Shown: piece after piece, positions 18,127 through 25,930 of the stretch
Layout of the letters: the number at the start of each line of letters is the position of its first letter
Position numbering within the stretch: position 1 is the first letter of the stretch
From: Candidatus Bathyarchaeia archaeon
Lineage (GTDB): Archaea; Thermoproteota; Bathyarchaeia; RBG-16-48-13; GCA-020355125
NCBI GenBank assembly: GCA_036446055.1
Contig: JAZFSF010000155.1
Coordinates: forward strand, 1 to 34,822
Direction of reading: 5' to 3'
Length of the DNA: 34,822 bases
Position numbers and translations under genes: made by a program
Notes under the pieces: generated by a model
Database searches by the model: none
Seen by the model: only the letters and a program-made list of their open reading frames with translations
What the model was told of the DNA's origin: nothing

Positions 18127-18131
18127 TTTTT
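18127..18131 (+). terminator. T5 tract immediately after the SRP RNA terminal helix
   Basis: CACCTCCTTTTTATCG. Confidence 0.35.
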
Positions 18132-18221
18132 ATCGTAAGGTAATATTTGTATGTTTAATAAGAAAGCGAAGACGTTATGAAAAAGAAAATCGTTGTCTGA
18201 TGAGAGATTGAGGGAAGTAGA

Positions 18222-19013
18222 GTGAAAATCGCAGTTTCGGGGAAGGGAGGTGTCGGAAAAACGACGATCGCTGGCACTCTAGCACGTATATTCGCTCGAA
18301 AAGGCTTTAAAGTCTTAGCTATCGACGCTGACCCTAACGCCAACCTAGATTTAACCTTGGGTTTGCCTCTAAACCAAGCCAAAAAAATAATTCCCGTTTC
18401 TGAAAACACGGCTCTCATCGCGGAGAAGACCGGCGTCAAACCCGAGTCCTACGGCGGAGTCTTTCGATTATCTTTCCGCGTCGACGACATCATCGACCGG
18501 TTTGGCGTACAAACTCCGGATGGCGTGACCCTTCTCGTCATGGGCGTCGTTCGATCAGCAGGACAGGGTTGCATGTGCCCCGCCAACGCTTTAGTCAGAG
18601 CCCTCATACGACACCTCATCGTTAGGCGCGAAGAGGTCGTCATCCTTGACATGGAAGCCGGAACAGAACACTTGGGGAGAGGTACAGCCGAACACGTGAA
18701 TGTGATGCTTATTATCTCTGATGCTAACAGAAAATCCTTGGAAACCGCGAAAAACATACACGCTCTATCCAAGGAAATGGGCGTTGAACAGGCGTTCATA
18801 GTCGGAAATAAAGTTCTAAACCCGTTTGAAGAGGACGTCATCAAAGAGTATTGCACCGACAACGGCTTTTCCCTCCTCACCCTCATACCATATGATCAAG
18901 AAATACGAAAAAACGATGTGAAGGGAGAGGCATTGACCTTCTCCACGGCGTCTCCTGGGTTAAACGCTATTACAACTTTAAGCGAACGACTGCTATCTGC
19001 CACGCTTGAATGA
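18222..19013 (+). CDS. CooC-type (MinD/ParA superfamily) P-loop NTPase, putative metallocentre maturation factor
   Basis: 263 aa. Deviant Walker A GKGGVGKTT, DADPNANL, and a CxC motif (GQGCMCPA) as in Ni-binding CooC/AcsF proteins. GTG start after GAGGG. Confidence 0.78.
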   Translation: MKIAVSGKGGVGKTTIAGTLARIFARKGFKVLAIDADPNANLDLTLGLPLNQAKKIIPVSENTALIAEKTGVKPESYGGVFRLSFRVDDIIDRFGVQTPDGVTLLVMGVVRSAGQGCMCPANALVRALIRHLIVRREEVVILDMEAGTEHLGRGTAEHVNVMLIISDANRKSLETAKNIHALSKEMGVEQAFIVGNKVLNPFEEDVIKEYCTDNGFSLLTLIPYDQEIRKNDVKGEALTFSTASPGLNAITTLSERLLSATLE

Positions 19014-19327
19014 AAAGCAGTCGTGGCTGAGTGCGACCATATCGCCTTGCTCAGCCTCAGGGTCATCTTCATACGGTCACTACTGGGAATCCTTCCATTA
19101 TTCTCAGTGGCTTAAGGACTGACAGCCCAGCACAAAACCTTGAGATGGTCTTTCACGACTTGAAGCCTTTGAAACAGCAACCAACTCGCATCTAAGAGTT
19201 TCGATAGAGACGGGTAACGCTAGTTGATGTCTCCTCTAAACATTAATATATTCTTTAAGGCGTAAGATTTGACAGGATTTAACTGGTTGCCCAAAGAAAA
19301 TCTGTTTGATAAGGACGTGGTTTATGT

Positions 19328-19627
19328 TTGAACATCGGTGAACTTAAAGTCGGCATGAAAAACATTGATATTCGAGGTAAAATTGTTGAAAAAGCTGAAA
19401 CGCGGGAAGTGTATTCGAGGTACGGGTTCAACGTTCATCGCGTCTCCCAGGTGCAAATCTCCGATGACTCGGGTTCGATTAAGATGATTTTATGGAACGA
19501 CCAAATTGACAGCGTCTCGGCAGGCGATACGATTCAAATAGAAAATGGATATGTCAGCCAGTTCAGAGGGGTGAGCCAGTTGAATGTCCGAAAACGTGAT
19601 GGAAAAATATCTGTTGTAAAAGAATAG
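19328..19627 (+). CDS. Small single-OB-fold nucleic-acid-binding protein (SSB/RPA-like)
   Basis: 99 aa. Pattern IGELKVGMKNIDIRGKIV...DDSGSIKMILWNDQ...GDTIQIENGYVSQFRGVSQLNV matches the archaeal short SSB-like OB fold. A TTG start is required to include the conserved N-terminus. Confidence 0.65.
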   Translation: MNIGELKVGMKNIDIRGKIVEKAETREVYSRYGFNVHRVSQVQISDDSGSIKMILWNDQIDSVSAGDTIQIENGYVSQFRGVSQLNVRKRDGKISVVKE

Positions 19628-20038
19628 ATAGACTATACCCTCTGTAAATAACCATTAAATATTGGGATAAACTACCTCGCAACATCAAGCTTTTAACCCT
19701 TGTAGTGACCCCGTTTCTGACAGAGAGGCACCTCTTCATGGCGATGAATAGAGGCATCCGCAGTCACGGTTCAATCTTCTGTTAACGCTTGTTTCCTGAA
19801 GTTAAATCGTTGATTACGATCAATCATTCGGAGTGAGAGGTCGTCGATTGAGATGAGCTTGAGAGGCGTGACCATTCAGCAGATTTATGGATGATTGTTT
19901 CGATTCATTCTCAGTTTTCTAAAATGGTTTATGTAGTGACATCATATCCATTTCCTCTCGTCGCCTCTTGACATTAGCTAGCGCATAGTTTTTAAATATG
20001 GGATAAAAGGTATTTCTGTTATCTGGTGACGGATTAGA

Positions 20039-21985
20039 GTGTTAATTCGCGAAATAATCCTTGAGAACTTTATGTCCTATGAATACGCGAGAATTCCGTT
20101 AAAACCAGGACTGAACATTATTTGTGGTCCAAATGGTTCAGGGAAATCCTCTCTTCTTCTCGCAATATCCGTTGCTTTAGGACAAGCCTACACTGAAAGA
20201 TCACGAAAGCTTAGTGACCTCATTCGATGGGGTGAAGATAACGCTCGGGTGACACTTGTTTTCGATAACACACCTGAACGAGGGAAGAGGCCTGTTCCGC
20301 GGTTTGACGTGGATTACTTTCGGATTTCTCGATACCTGAAGAAAGATGGGGCTTACTGGTTTGAAGTGAACTTTAAAACGGTTAACAAGAAGGAAGTCAC
20401 CTCAATTTTAAATGAATTTGGCATAAACCCGGACAACATGCTCATTATCATGCACCAACGTATGATGGAGGAGTTTAGCATAACTACACTCATTCAGAGG
20501 CTAACCATGGTTGAGGAGGCTGTTGGCTTAGGTGCGTACCGACAGAACGTTTTAGAAGCCCAAGACAAGTTGACTCAAGTTCTAAGTCAGGAAGAGTCTA
20601 TTAAAACCCTCATCGAAAACGCGGAGCAAACCCTTGACTACTGGAAAGAAGAATACGAAAAATACCAAAAACGAAATAATATTCTTCAGAGAAAAGTCTT
20701 TCTGGAGCGGGAGCTTGTTTGGGCAGAGCTAGTCAAGCAAGAGGCCCTAGTCACCTCGTGGCAGGAGAAAGCTGAACAAAAAGAAGCAAGCCTAGCCGAC
20801 ATCGAAAAGGAGGTTACCCGCACCCAAGTCTTAATCAAGCAAATTGGCAGCGACTTGAACACTCTTCGGTTTGAACAGCGACAATCCTTTTATTCCTTGA
20901 TGGCGCTGGAAAAAGAGAAGACAGAACATCAAGTCACGACTAAATTAAGCAATGTAACTCTCAATAAAATTAGGGATATCAGGAACCTCAAGGAACAGCC
21001 AGACACAAATACGGGTAAAGAAACGCTGGACACGTTAGATGCTTATGTCGTTGAATTACACGCGCAAATAGCCCTGTCTCAGACAGTCCTGAAAGGTCTT
21101 GACTTCAAGACATCAACGCTTCACTCTCAATTGGCTGCGTTCGACGAAGAACGGTCTCGTACTGAACAACAATATGTGGACGAGCGGGTTCGGGAAGCTA
21201 TGTTACGGTTTCAAAGCGAGGCCGCGAATAAGGAGTTGAGTTACCTGAAAGGCGAGTTGAGACGCGCTCTGAGAGAGGTGGAGGCCTTTCAACCTCGATT
21301 AATAACAGCAGGTCCCCCGATGAAAACGGTGAGAAGTCCTCAAGAGATCTATGACGACATACGCGTCGCCAGTATCCAACTCTCAACTATTGGTGAGCTC
21401 TCAGAAGACATTGAACAAATGTATTTGATGTATCTGAACGTGTTCAACGATTTGAAGCAAAAAGTAGAGGTGGTCTCCGAAAACAGGACGAGTGTGTTGA
21501 ACGAGGTAGTGGAGCGAAAGAGACTATGGATTGGCATCATTAAGTCACTCCTTGATGAAGTAAGTGTTCCCTATCAAGAGTTCCTCTCCCAGCTCAACGC
21601 CACTGGAAACATCCGGTTAGTGAATACTCAAGACATAGAAACAATGGGCTTGGAGTTGACGGTGGGCTTTAAAGGAGCGGAACCCACCATTCTGGACGCT
21701 TACACTCAGAGTGGCGGTGAGAGAAGCACCGCAACCATGACGTTTCTTTTGGCGCTTCAGCAATACGTGAAATCGCCCTTCAGAGCGGTGGACGAGTTCG
21801 ATATTCATATGGATCCTAAGAACCGAGAAACAATTTCTAATTTGCTCTACAAGGAAGTACGGGGAAGTCGGGAAACCCAGTATCTCACTATAACGCCAGG
21901 GCAAATTACAAACATTGATGAGGCGGTGCACGTCATTACCATTCAAAACCTTGAGGGCCGATCTGAGGTAAGCGTGGTGGAGTGA
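20039..21985 (+). CDS. Hinge-less SMC-family ATPase with SMC5/6-like head motifs (mini-SMC)
   Basis: 648 aa. ENFMSY, Walker A GPNGSGKSS (aa 30-38), IIMHQ Q-loop region, signature QSGGERS (aa 557-563), Walker B/D-loop PFRAVDEFDIHMD. About 330 aa of heptad-rich sequence lies between the head halves, with no Cys and no globular hinge. GTG start. Confidence 0.8.
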   Translation: MLIREIILENFMSYEYARIPLKPGLNIICGPNGSGKSSLLLAISVALGQAYTERSRKLSDLIRWGEDNARVTLVFDNTPERGKRPVPRFDVDYFRISRYLKKDGAYWFEVNFKTVNKKEVTSILNEFGINPDNMLIIMHQRMMEEFSITTLIQRLTMVEEAVGLGAYRQNVLEAQDKLTQVLSQEESIKTLIENAEQTLDYWKEEYEKYQKRNNILQRKVFLERELVWAELVKQEALVTSWQEKAEQKEASLADIEKEVTRTQVLIKQIGSDLNTLRFEQRQSFYSLMALEKEKTEHQVTTKLSNVTLNKIRDIRNLKEQPDTNTGKETLDTLDAYVVELHAQIALSQTVLKGLDFKTSTLHSQLAAFDEERSRTEQQYVDERVREAMLRFQSEAANKELSYLKGELRRALREVEAFQPRLITAGPPMKTVRSPQEIYDDIRVASIQLSTIGELSEDIEQMYLMYLNVFNDLKQKVEVVSENRTSVLNEVVERKRLWIGIIKSLLDEVSVPYQEFLSQLNATGNIRLVNTQDIETMGLELTVGFKGAEPTILDAYTQSGGERSTATMTFLLALQQYVKSPFRAVDEFDIHMDPKNRETISNLLYKEVRGSRETQYLTITPGQITNIDEAVHVITIQNLEGRSEVSVVE

Positions 21986-22789
21986 TTGTTTATGAAGAGC
22001 AGTAAAGATAGGAATCGTTTGTTGAGAATTATTAGTTTGTGTGTAGCCATAGAACGGAAAGGTGGAAACCCCTTCGAAGTAGGGGTTAAAGAGGCCCTTG
22101 AAACCTTGCGAAAGTATCTTCCCCATTGGAAGGTCCTTGAGGACTTCGCTTTAGACGCCGAAACATTGAACAAAATCTCGTCCATCGTCAGCCTTCAAGG
22201 GAATTGGATTAAACATCGATCCTCCACCCTCTTCGTCGATCCTCTCCTCATCGAGTTGAAAGTTAAAATGTTGGAACCCGAAAAACTCTTACAGATTTTT
22301 CGAAGGATATGGCGCCCCGTGATCGAAATGGACCGTCTTTCCAATAAACGGGTCTTGGAGGCAATAGATTATTGGAATCGACTCCAACCCATCGAGGATA
22401 GGCTGATGAAGCTTCCTGAGCCCTCCGGTGTTCTCGATCTCACAAGTATCGAAGAACTCATTAAAGCCCGAATTATCAACGAAGAGTCCTTCACCGCCCT
22501 CCTCCAAAAGTTCTGGTTAGAGCTTAAAGAGCAGGCTAATGGAGAAAAGCGAATTCATTACTGGGACTTTATTTATGCGCCTTCATATGAGGAAACCGTT
22601 ATACGGGCTTATTTAACAAGTTTTTTAGTCACCTACGGCTTTGCCACTATGGAAATAGAACCCTTAGAAGAAGAAACCTTTCTAGTACCTTACATGGAGC
22701 TAAGAGAGCTTTCCCTCAAGGAGCAGATGATTTCGTTTCCCATCTCTATCGACTACGACATCTGGAAAGAAATGGCGGAGAGGCAATAA
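21986..22789 (+). CDS. ScpA-like kleisin candidate
   Basis: 267 aa, starting directly after the SMC stop (TTG 21986 or ATG 21992). GGNPFEVGVKEALETLRKYL resembles the archaeal ScpA N-terminal DPWDIDI..YL segment. C-terminal TVIRAYLTSFLVTYGFATMEIEPLEEETFLVPY resembles the ScpA winged helix. Confidence 0.55.
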   Translation: MFMKSSKDRNRLLRIISLCVAIERKGGNPFEVGVKEALETLRKYLPHWKVLEDFALDAETLNKISSIVSLQGNWIKHRSSTLFVDPLLIELKVKMLEPEKLLQIFRRIWRPVIEMDRLSNKRVLEAIDYWNRLQPIEDRLMKLPEPSGVLDLTSIEELIKARIINEESFTALLQKFWLELKEQANGEKRIHYWDFIYAPSYEETVIRAYLTSFLVTYGFATMEIEPLEEETFLVPYMELRELSLKEQMISFPISIDYDIWKEMAERQ

Positions 22790-22790
22790 G

Positions 22791-23381
22791 TTGGCTGAAA
22801 ACACAGGAGCCTACGTTAGAAAAGTGAAGAGAGCGGCAAAAATCATTTTCTATAGACGACATCGACAACCGGGTGTGAAGGGCTGGGAGCTTCGGAGAGC
22901 TCTGGGAAAGGAGTATGTTAAAATCGTCGACCTCTTAAATCAACACCTTTCGAGTATAGGCTTACAAGTGAGAACCGTTTATGAGGGTTCGGAGCAGCCT
23001 CAAAATCCAACGAGTGAGCAACTTGATGGAGCCAGATTCTACATGGCCGTGAAAGAGCCTCTGACGGCATCCGACTTGGTTCTGTCTGGATGGCGTGTAG
23101 ACGACGTTGCGGCCCTCGTGGTTGCCGTTTCATACATCATTTCTAAACAAGGGAAGGCCGCTCGAAAAGATATTGAGCAGATTCTCCGAGAAAAATTTCC
23201 CAAGTGGCGAGTTGAGCGCAACCTCAACCGCTACATCCGACAGGGCTACCTCAACGAAGTGGAGGACGTTCTCTACCTCGACTGGAGAGCTAGAGCCGAA
23301 ATCGACCAAAAGACGCTGATCAAACTGGTTATCGGCGGCGACACAAGTAAGTCAAGCGATCAAACAACAACGACTCCCTAA
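22791..23381 (+). CDS. ScpB-like / KITE-like tandem winged-helix protein candidate
   Basis: 196 aa with a TTG start 1 nt after the kleisin stop. Two wH-like units. The second, AALVVAVSYIISKQGKAARKDIEQILR...YIRQGYLNEV, parallels the ScpB LEtLAIIAY.QPITR.EIE.IRG pattern. Ser/Thr-rich tail. Confidence 0.5.
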   Translation: MAENTGAYVRKVKRAAKIIFYRRHRQPGVKGWELRRALGKEYVKIVDLLNQHLSSIGLQVRTVYEGSEQPQNPTSEQLDGARFYMAVKEPLTASDLVLSGWRVDDVAALVVAVSYIISKQGKAARKDIEQILREKFPKWRVERNLNRYIRQGYLNEVEDVLYLDWRARAEIDQKTLIKLVIGGDTSKSSDQTTTTP

Positions 23382-23423
23382 GACCCCTCATACGCCTTCA
23401 TATGATTTAAAGAGTTAACTCCA

Positions 23424-23458
23424 ATCGTATTACCTATCGACTCTTTCATCGTATTACC
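23424..23458 (+). repeat. Direct repeat ATCGTATTACC x2 upstream of the first ESCRT-III gene
   Basis: Identical 11-mers at 23424-23434 and 23448-23458, with starts 24 nt apart, about 160 nt upstream of the ATG at 23615. Confidence 0.4.
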
Positions 23459-23614
23459 CTGACAAAAGCCGAGGTCCAGATTTAGCAATTTTTTAGTTAA
23501 TTTTTATATGATGTATCCACGTTTTTCAACAGAACTGTAACAAATATCTAAATGGTTTGGTCAAGGGTTGATTAACAAAAATAAATACTTAAAACAAAAG
23601 AGGAGATCATATAG

Positions 23615-24253
23615 ATGGCAGATATATTTAAGACATGGGAAAGCAGTAGTCAGCCATCAACGTTTTCGAAGCTCACGAACGCCATGAGGAAGCCTCAACC
23701 CCTCAGGGAAAAAATTTCCTTCACAATCTACAAGTTAAAGGTTCAGCAGGGGCGTCTTGAACAAGCTTACCAAAGGATGCAAAAGCACTACAACGGTCTA
23801 TTTAGACGATGCACAAACTCTGTTCTCGCCAAAGACTCCGCACGCGCTTCCATATATGCAAATGAGTGCGCCGAAATCAGGAAAATGTGTCAAACAATGC
23901 TCAGAGGACAATTTGCTATTGAACAAGTCGTCCTACGACTGGAGACCATTGAAGAATTTGGCGACATCGCGGTGGAAATGAATCCTGTGGCAAACGTGAT
24001 AAATTCGATTAAAGGAAATCTGGCTGGTGTCGTCCCCGAAGTATCGTATAGACTTGGTGAGATTGGAAATTCAATGAACGACCTTGTAATGGATTCTGGC
24101 AGAGCTACCGCCACAAGTTGGAACGTGATTACTTCTGGAGAAGACGCTGAAAAGATCCTTGGAGACGCAAACGCTATCGCCGAAGAAAAGATGAAAGAGA
24201 AGTTCCCCACACTACCTACCACCACGTTACCAAGCCTAGAAAAATCGAATTAG
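23615..24253 (+). CDS. ESCRT-III (Snf7/CdvB-family) paralogue without winged-helix domain
   Basis: 212 aa. Core ARASIYANECAEIRKM...LRLETIEEFGD parallels the downstream cdvB (RAILYANECAEIRKL...IRLQTISELSD). C-terminal proline motif EKFPTLPTTTLP (MIM2-like). AGGAG Shine-Dalgarno. Confidence 0.8.
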   Translation: MADIFKTWESSSQPSTFSKLTNAMRKPQPLREKISFTIYKLKVQQGRLEQAYQRMQKHYNGLFRRCTNSVLAKDSARASIYANECAEIRKMCQTMLRGQFAIEQVVLRLETIEEFGDIAVEMNPVANVINSIKGNLAGVVPEVSYRLGEIGNSMNDLVMDSGRATATSWNVITSGEDAEKILGDANAIAEEKMKEKFPTLPTTTLPSLEKSN

Positions 24254-24309
24254 TTTCCCAAGAATTGAGTAGAAAAAGAATCAAATTCACGGGTCAACCG
24301 TGGAATCCC

Positions 24310-24319
24310 TTTCTTTTTT
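24310..24319 (+). terminator. T-rich tract (TTTCTTTTTT) between the ESCRT-III paralogue and cdvA
   Basis: Lies 57 nt after the TAG stop. GGAGG precedes the cdvA ATG, which suggests a separate transcription unit or attenuation point. Confidence 0.3.
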
Positions 24320-24345
24320 AGATATTTCTATACCGGAGGATTTAC

Positions 24346-25026
24346 ATGTCAATTAAAACGGATGTAGCAAAGACAATTATAGGAGAGGTAATTCGTGACT
24401 CATACGGTCGAGTCTATGGACGAATTCTCGGGTTCTCCGTGGGCTCATCGAGAAGAGCTCCTCTCATCTGGATTGAACAAAAAACTGGCGAAGTTTCCAG
24501 TTGCCCTAGCTCGCAAATCTCTCTCGACGATGAAATGATGATAGTTAACACGTCATGGACGGTGAAGGCCACTCGTCTAAGCAACGACTTACGTGTAATC
24601 CTCCAGAAGTTATCCGTGCTAAACAAGCTCTATAACACTGGTGAAATAGTGAAAGAGGCATACGACAAAATACGTAGCCATTATGAAACGATGATTCGTT
24701 CCTTGACCCAACGCCGTCAACTTCTTTCTCAAAATGCTGAAAAGCGGTTGGAAGAATTGATTGCAACGGTTGTTCAACTCAAATTTTTATTGGCAAAGTC
24801 AAAGTTAGAGCGTTCCCTCGGATACGTTGATGAAGACACCTGCAACCTTATCGCGGACGCTCTTCGTGACAGCCTTAACCGGGCATTAACGGAGAAAAAT
24901 GAAGCTGAAACCACCATAGACGCGTTGGCAGAGGTTTCAATGCCCCCAGAAACCTCTGCCCCCCCCAAGGTGAAGCGAGAGGGCGCTTCGCCAATTGTTT
25001 TACATATTAAAGAAGCAAAACTATAG
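24346..25026 (+). CDS. cdvA: CdvA cell-division protein
   Basis: 226 aa. N-terminal beta-rich PRC-barrel-like segment (IIGEVIRDSYGRVYGRILGF), long helical middle, and a Pro-rich linker followed by a short C-terminal beta peptide (SPIVLHIKEAKL) in the position of the ESCRT-III-binding E3B motif. Sits directly upstream of the wH-bearing cdvB. Confidence 0.75.
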   Translation: MSIKTDVAKTIIGEVIRDSYGRVYGRILGFSVGSSRRAPLIWIEQKTGEVSSCPSSQISLDDEMMIVNTSWTVKATRLSNDLRVILQKLSVLNKLYNTGEIVKEAYDKIRSHYETMIRSLTQRRQLLSQNAEKRLEELIATVVQLKFLLAKSKLERSLGYVDEDTCNLIADALRDSLNRALTEKNEAETTIDALAEVSMPPETSAPPKVKREGASPIVLHIKEAKL

Positions 25027-25128
25027 TTTTCGGGGGTTAACAAAATATTCAATGTTCTTGACAATTGGAACGAGAAGAATGACCCCCTCCTCAATAAGCT
25101 GAGGCGGTGGTTCGCTCCAAAGAAAAAG

Positions 25129-25896
25129 ATGTCTTTGAAAGAGAACATAAGCACGGCGACCTATAACCTCAAAGCCACGTTGAGCAAAATACGTCGGAAC
25201 TCAACGGGATTGAAACAGAGAGACTCAAACTTCTTCAAAAAATGTATAGACGCCCAGTTAAACAACAATTATAATCGGGCGATCTTGTACGCCAACGAAT
25301 GCGCTGAAATAAGAAAATTGGCGAAACTACTTCTCAGCAGCGAACTAGCTCTGGAAAAGGCAATCATTCGTCTGCAGACGATAAGCGAATTAAGCGATAT
25401 TGTGGGAACCATTGTTCCCATCCTAGGAATTGTTCAAGAAACGAAGGGCCGTCTTAAGGGCGTAATTCCTTCCGTGTCGGGAAGACTGGAAGAAGTCTCC
25501 GGAATGCTGAATAGCAGTATAATGGAGATGGGATCAGTACACGCATCTGCCTATGGACTCACAAGCTTAACTCCCGAGGTGAAGACGATCCTTGAAGAGG
25601 CAAATACGGTGGCTGAAGAGGAAATAAGAGAAAAGTTTCCTGAGTTACCTCAGGAACTACATACCATCGAAGTCGACGACGCTGAAGCCAGAATCCCTAT
25701 AGCTCTGACTGCTACAGGTGCAGAAATACCACTACAAAATCGAGCTTTATTGAAAAAGCAAGTCTACAGCTACATAAAAGATCAGGAAGGAAAGTTGAGC
25801 GTAGTACAATGCGCATCCTACCTCGGTGTCTTTCCAACGGACGTTGAAAAAGCGATTCTGCGGCTTAAGAACGAAGGAAAAATAATCCTAGAATAA
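25129..25896 (+). CDS. cdvB: CdvB (ESCRT-III) with C-terminal winged-helix domain
   Basis: 255 aa. Snf7-like core, MIM2-like REKFPELPQEL, and a C-terminal wH-like segment QVYSYIKDQEGKLSVVQCASYLGVFPTDVEKAILRLKNEGKI. The N-terminus may extend upstream (see findings). Confidence 0.85.
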   Translation: MSLKENISTATYNLKATLSKIRRNSTGLKQRDSNFFKKCIDAQLNNNYNRAILYANECAEIRKLAKLLLSSELALEKAIIRLQTISELSDIVGTIVPILGIVQETKGRLKGVIPSVSGRLEEVSGMLNSSIMEMGSVHASAYGLTSLTPEVKTILEEANTVAEEEIREKFPELPQELHTIEVDDAEARIPIALTATGAEIPLQNRALLKKQVYSYIKDQEGKLSVVQCASYLGVFPTDVEKAILRLKNEGKIILE

Positions 25897-25930
25897 TGTG
25901 TAAGCATACCCTTCAAAAGAGGCGAAGATA

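Noticed and set aside
19025-19056. GGCTGAG-N18-CTCAGCC hairpin after the cooC-like stop
   Set aside because: It is an ordinary short 3' hairpin with no T-tract and no repeats elsewhere in the window. It is not worth a feature call.
5162-25026. Possibility that TAG is recoded or read through genome-wide, given two in-frame TAGs in the zinc-ribbon relic and coding-like sequence after the cdvA TAG
   Set aside because: TAG is the apparent normal stop for at least ten well-delimited genes here: the ykgJ-like gene, idsA, ipk, the memo-like gene, rpoN, rps9, the OB-fold gene, the ESCRT-III paralogue, cdvA and the NTase-kinase gene. These are followed by spacers or by the next gene's start. General recoding is therefore not supported. 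Only local read-through at cdvA remains as a low-probability idea.
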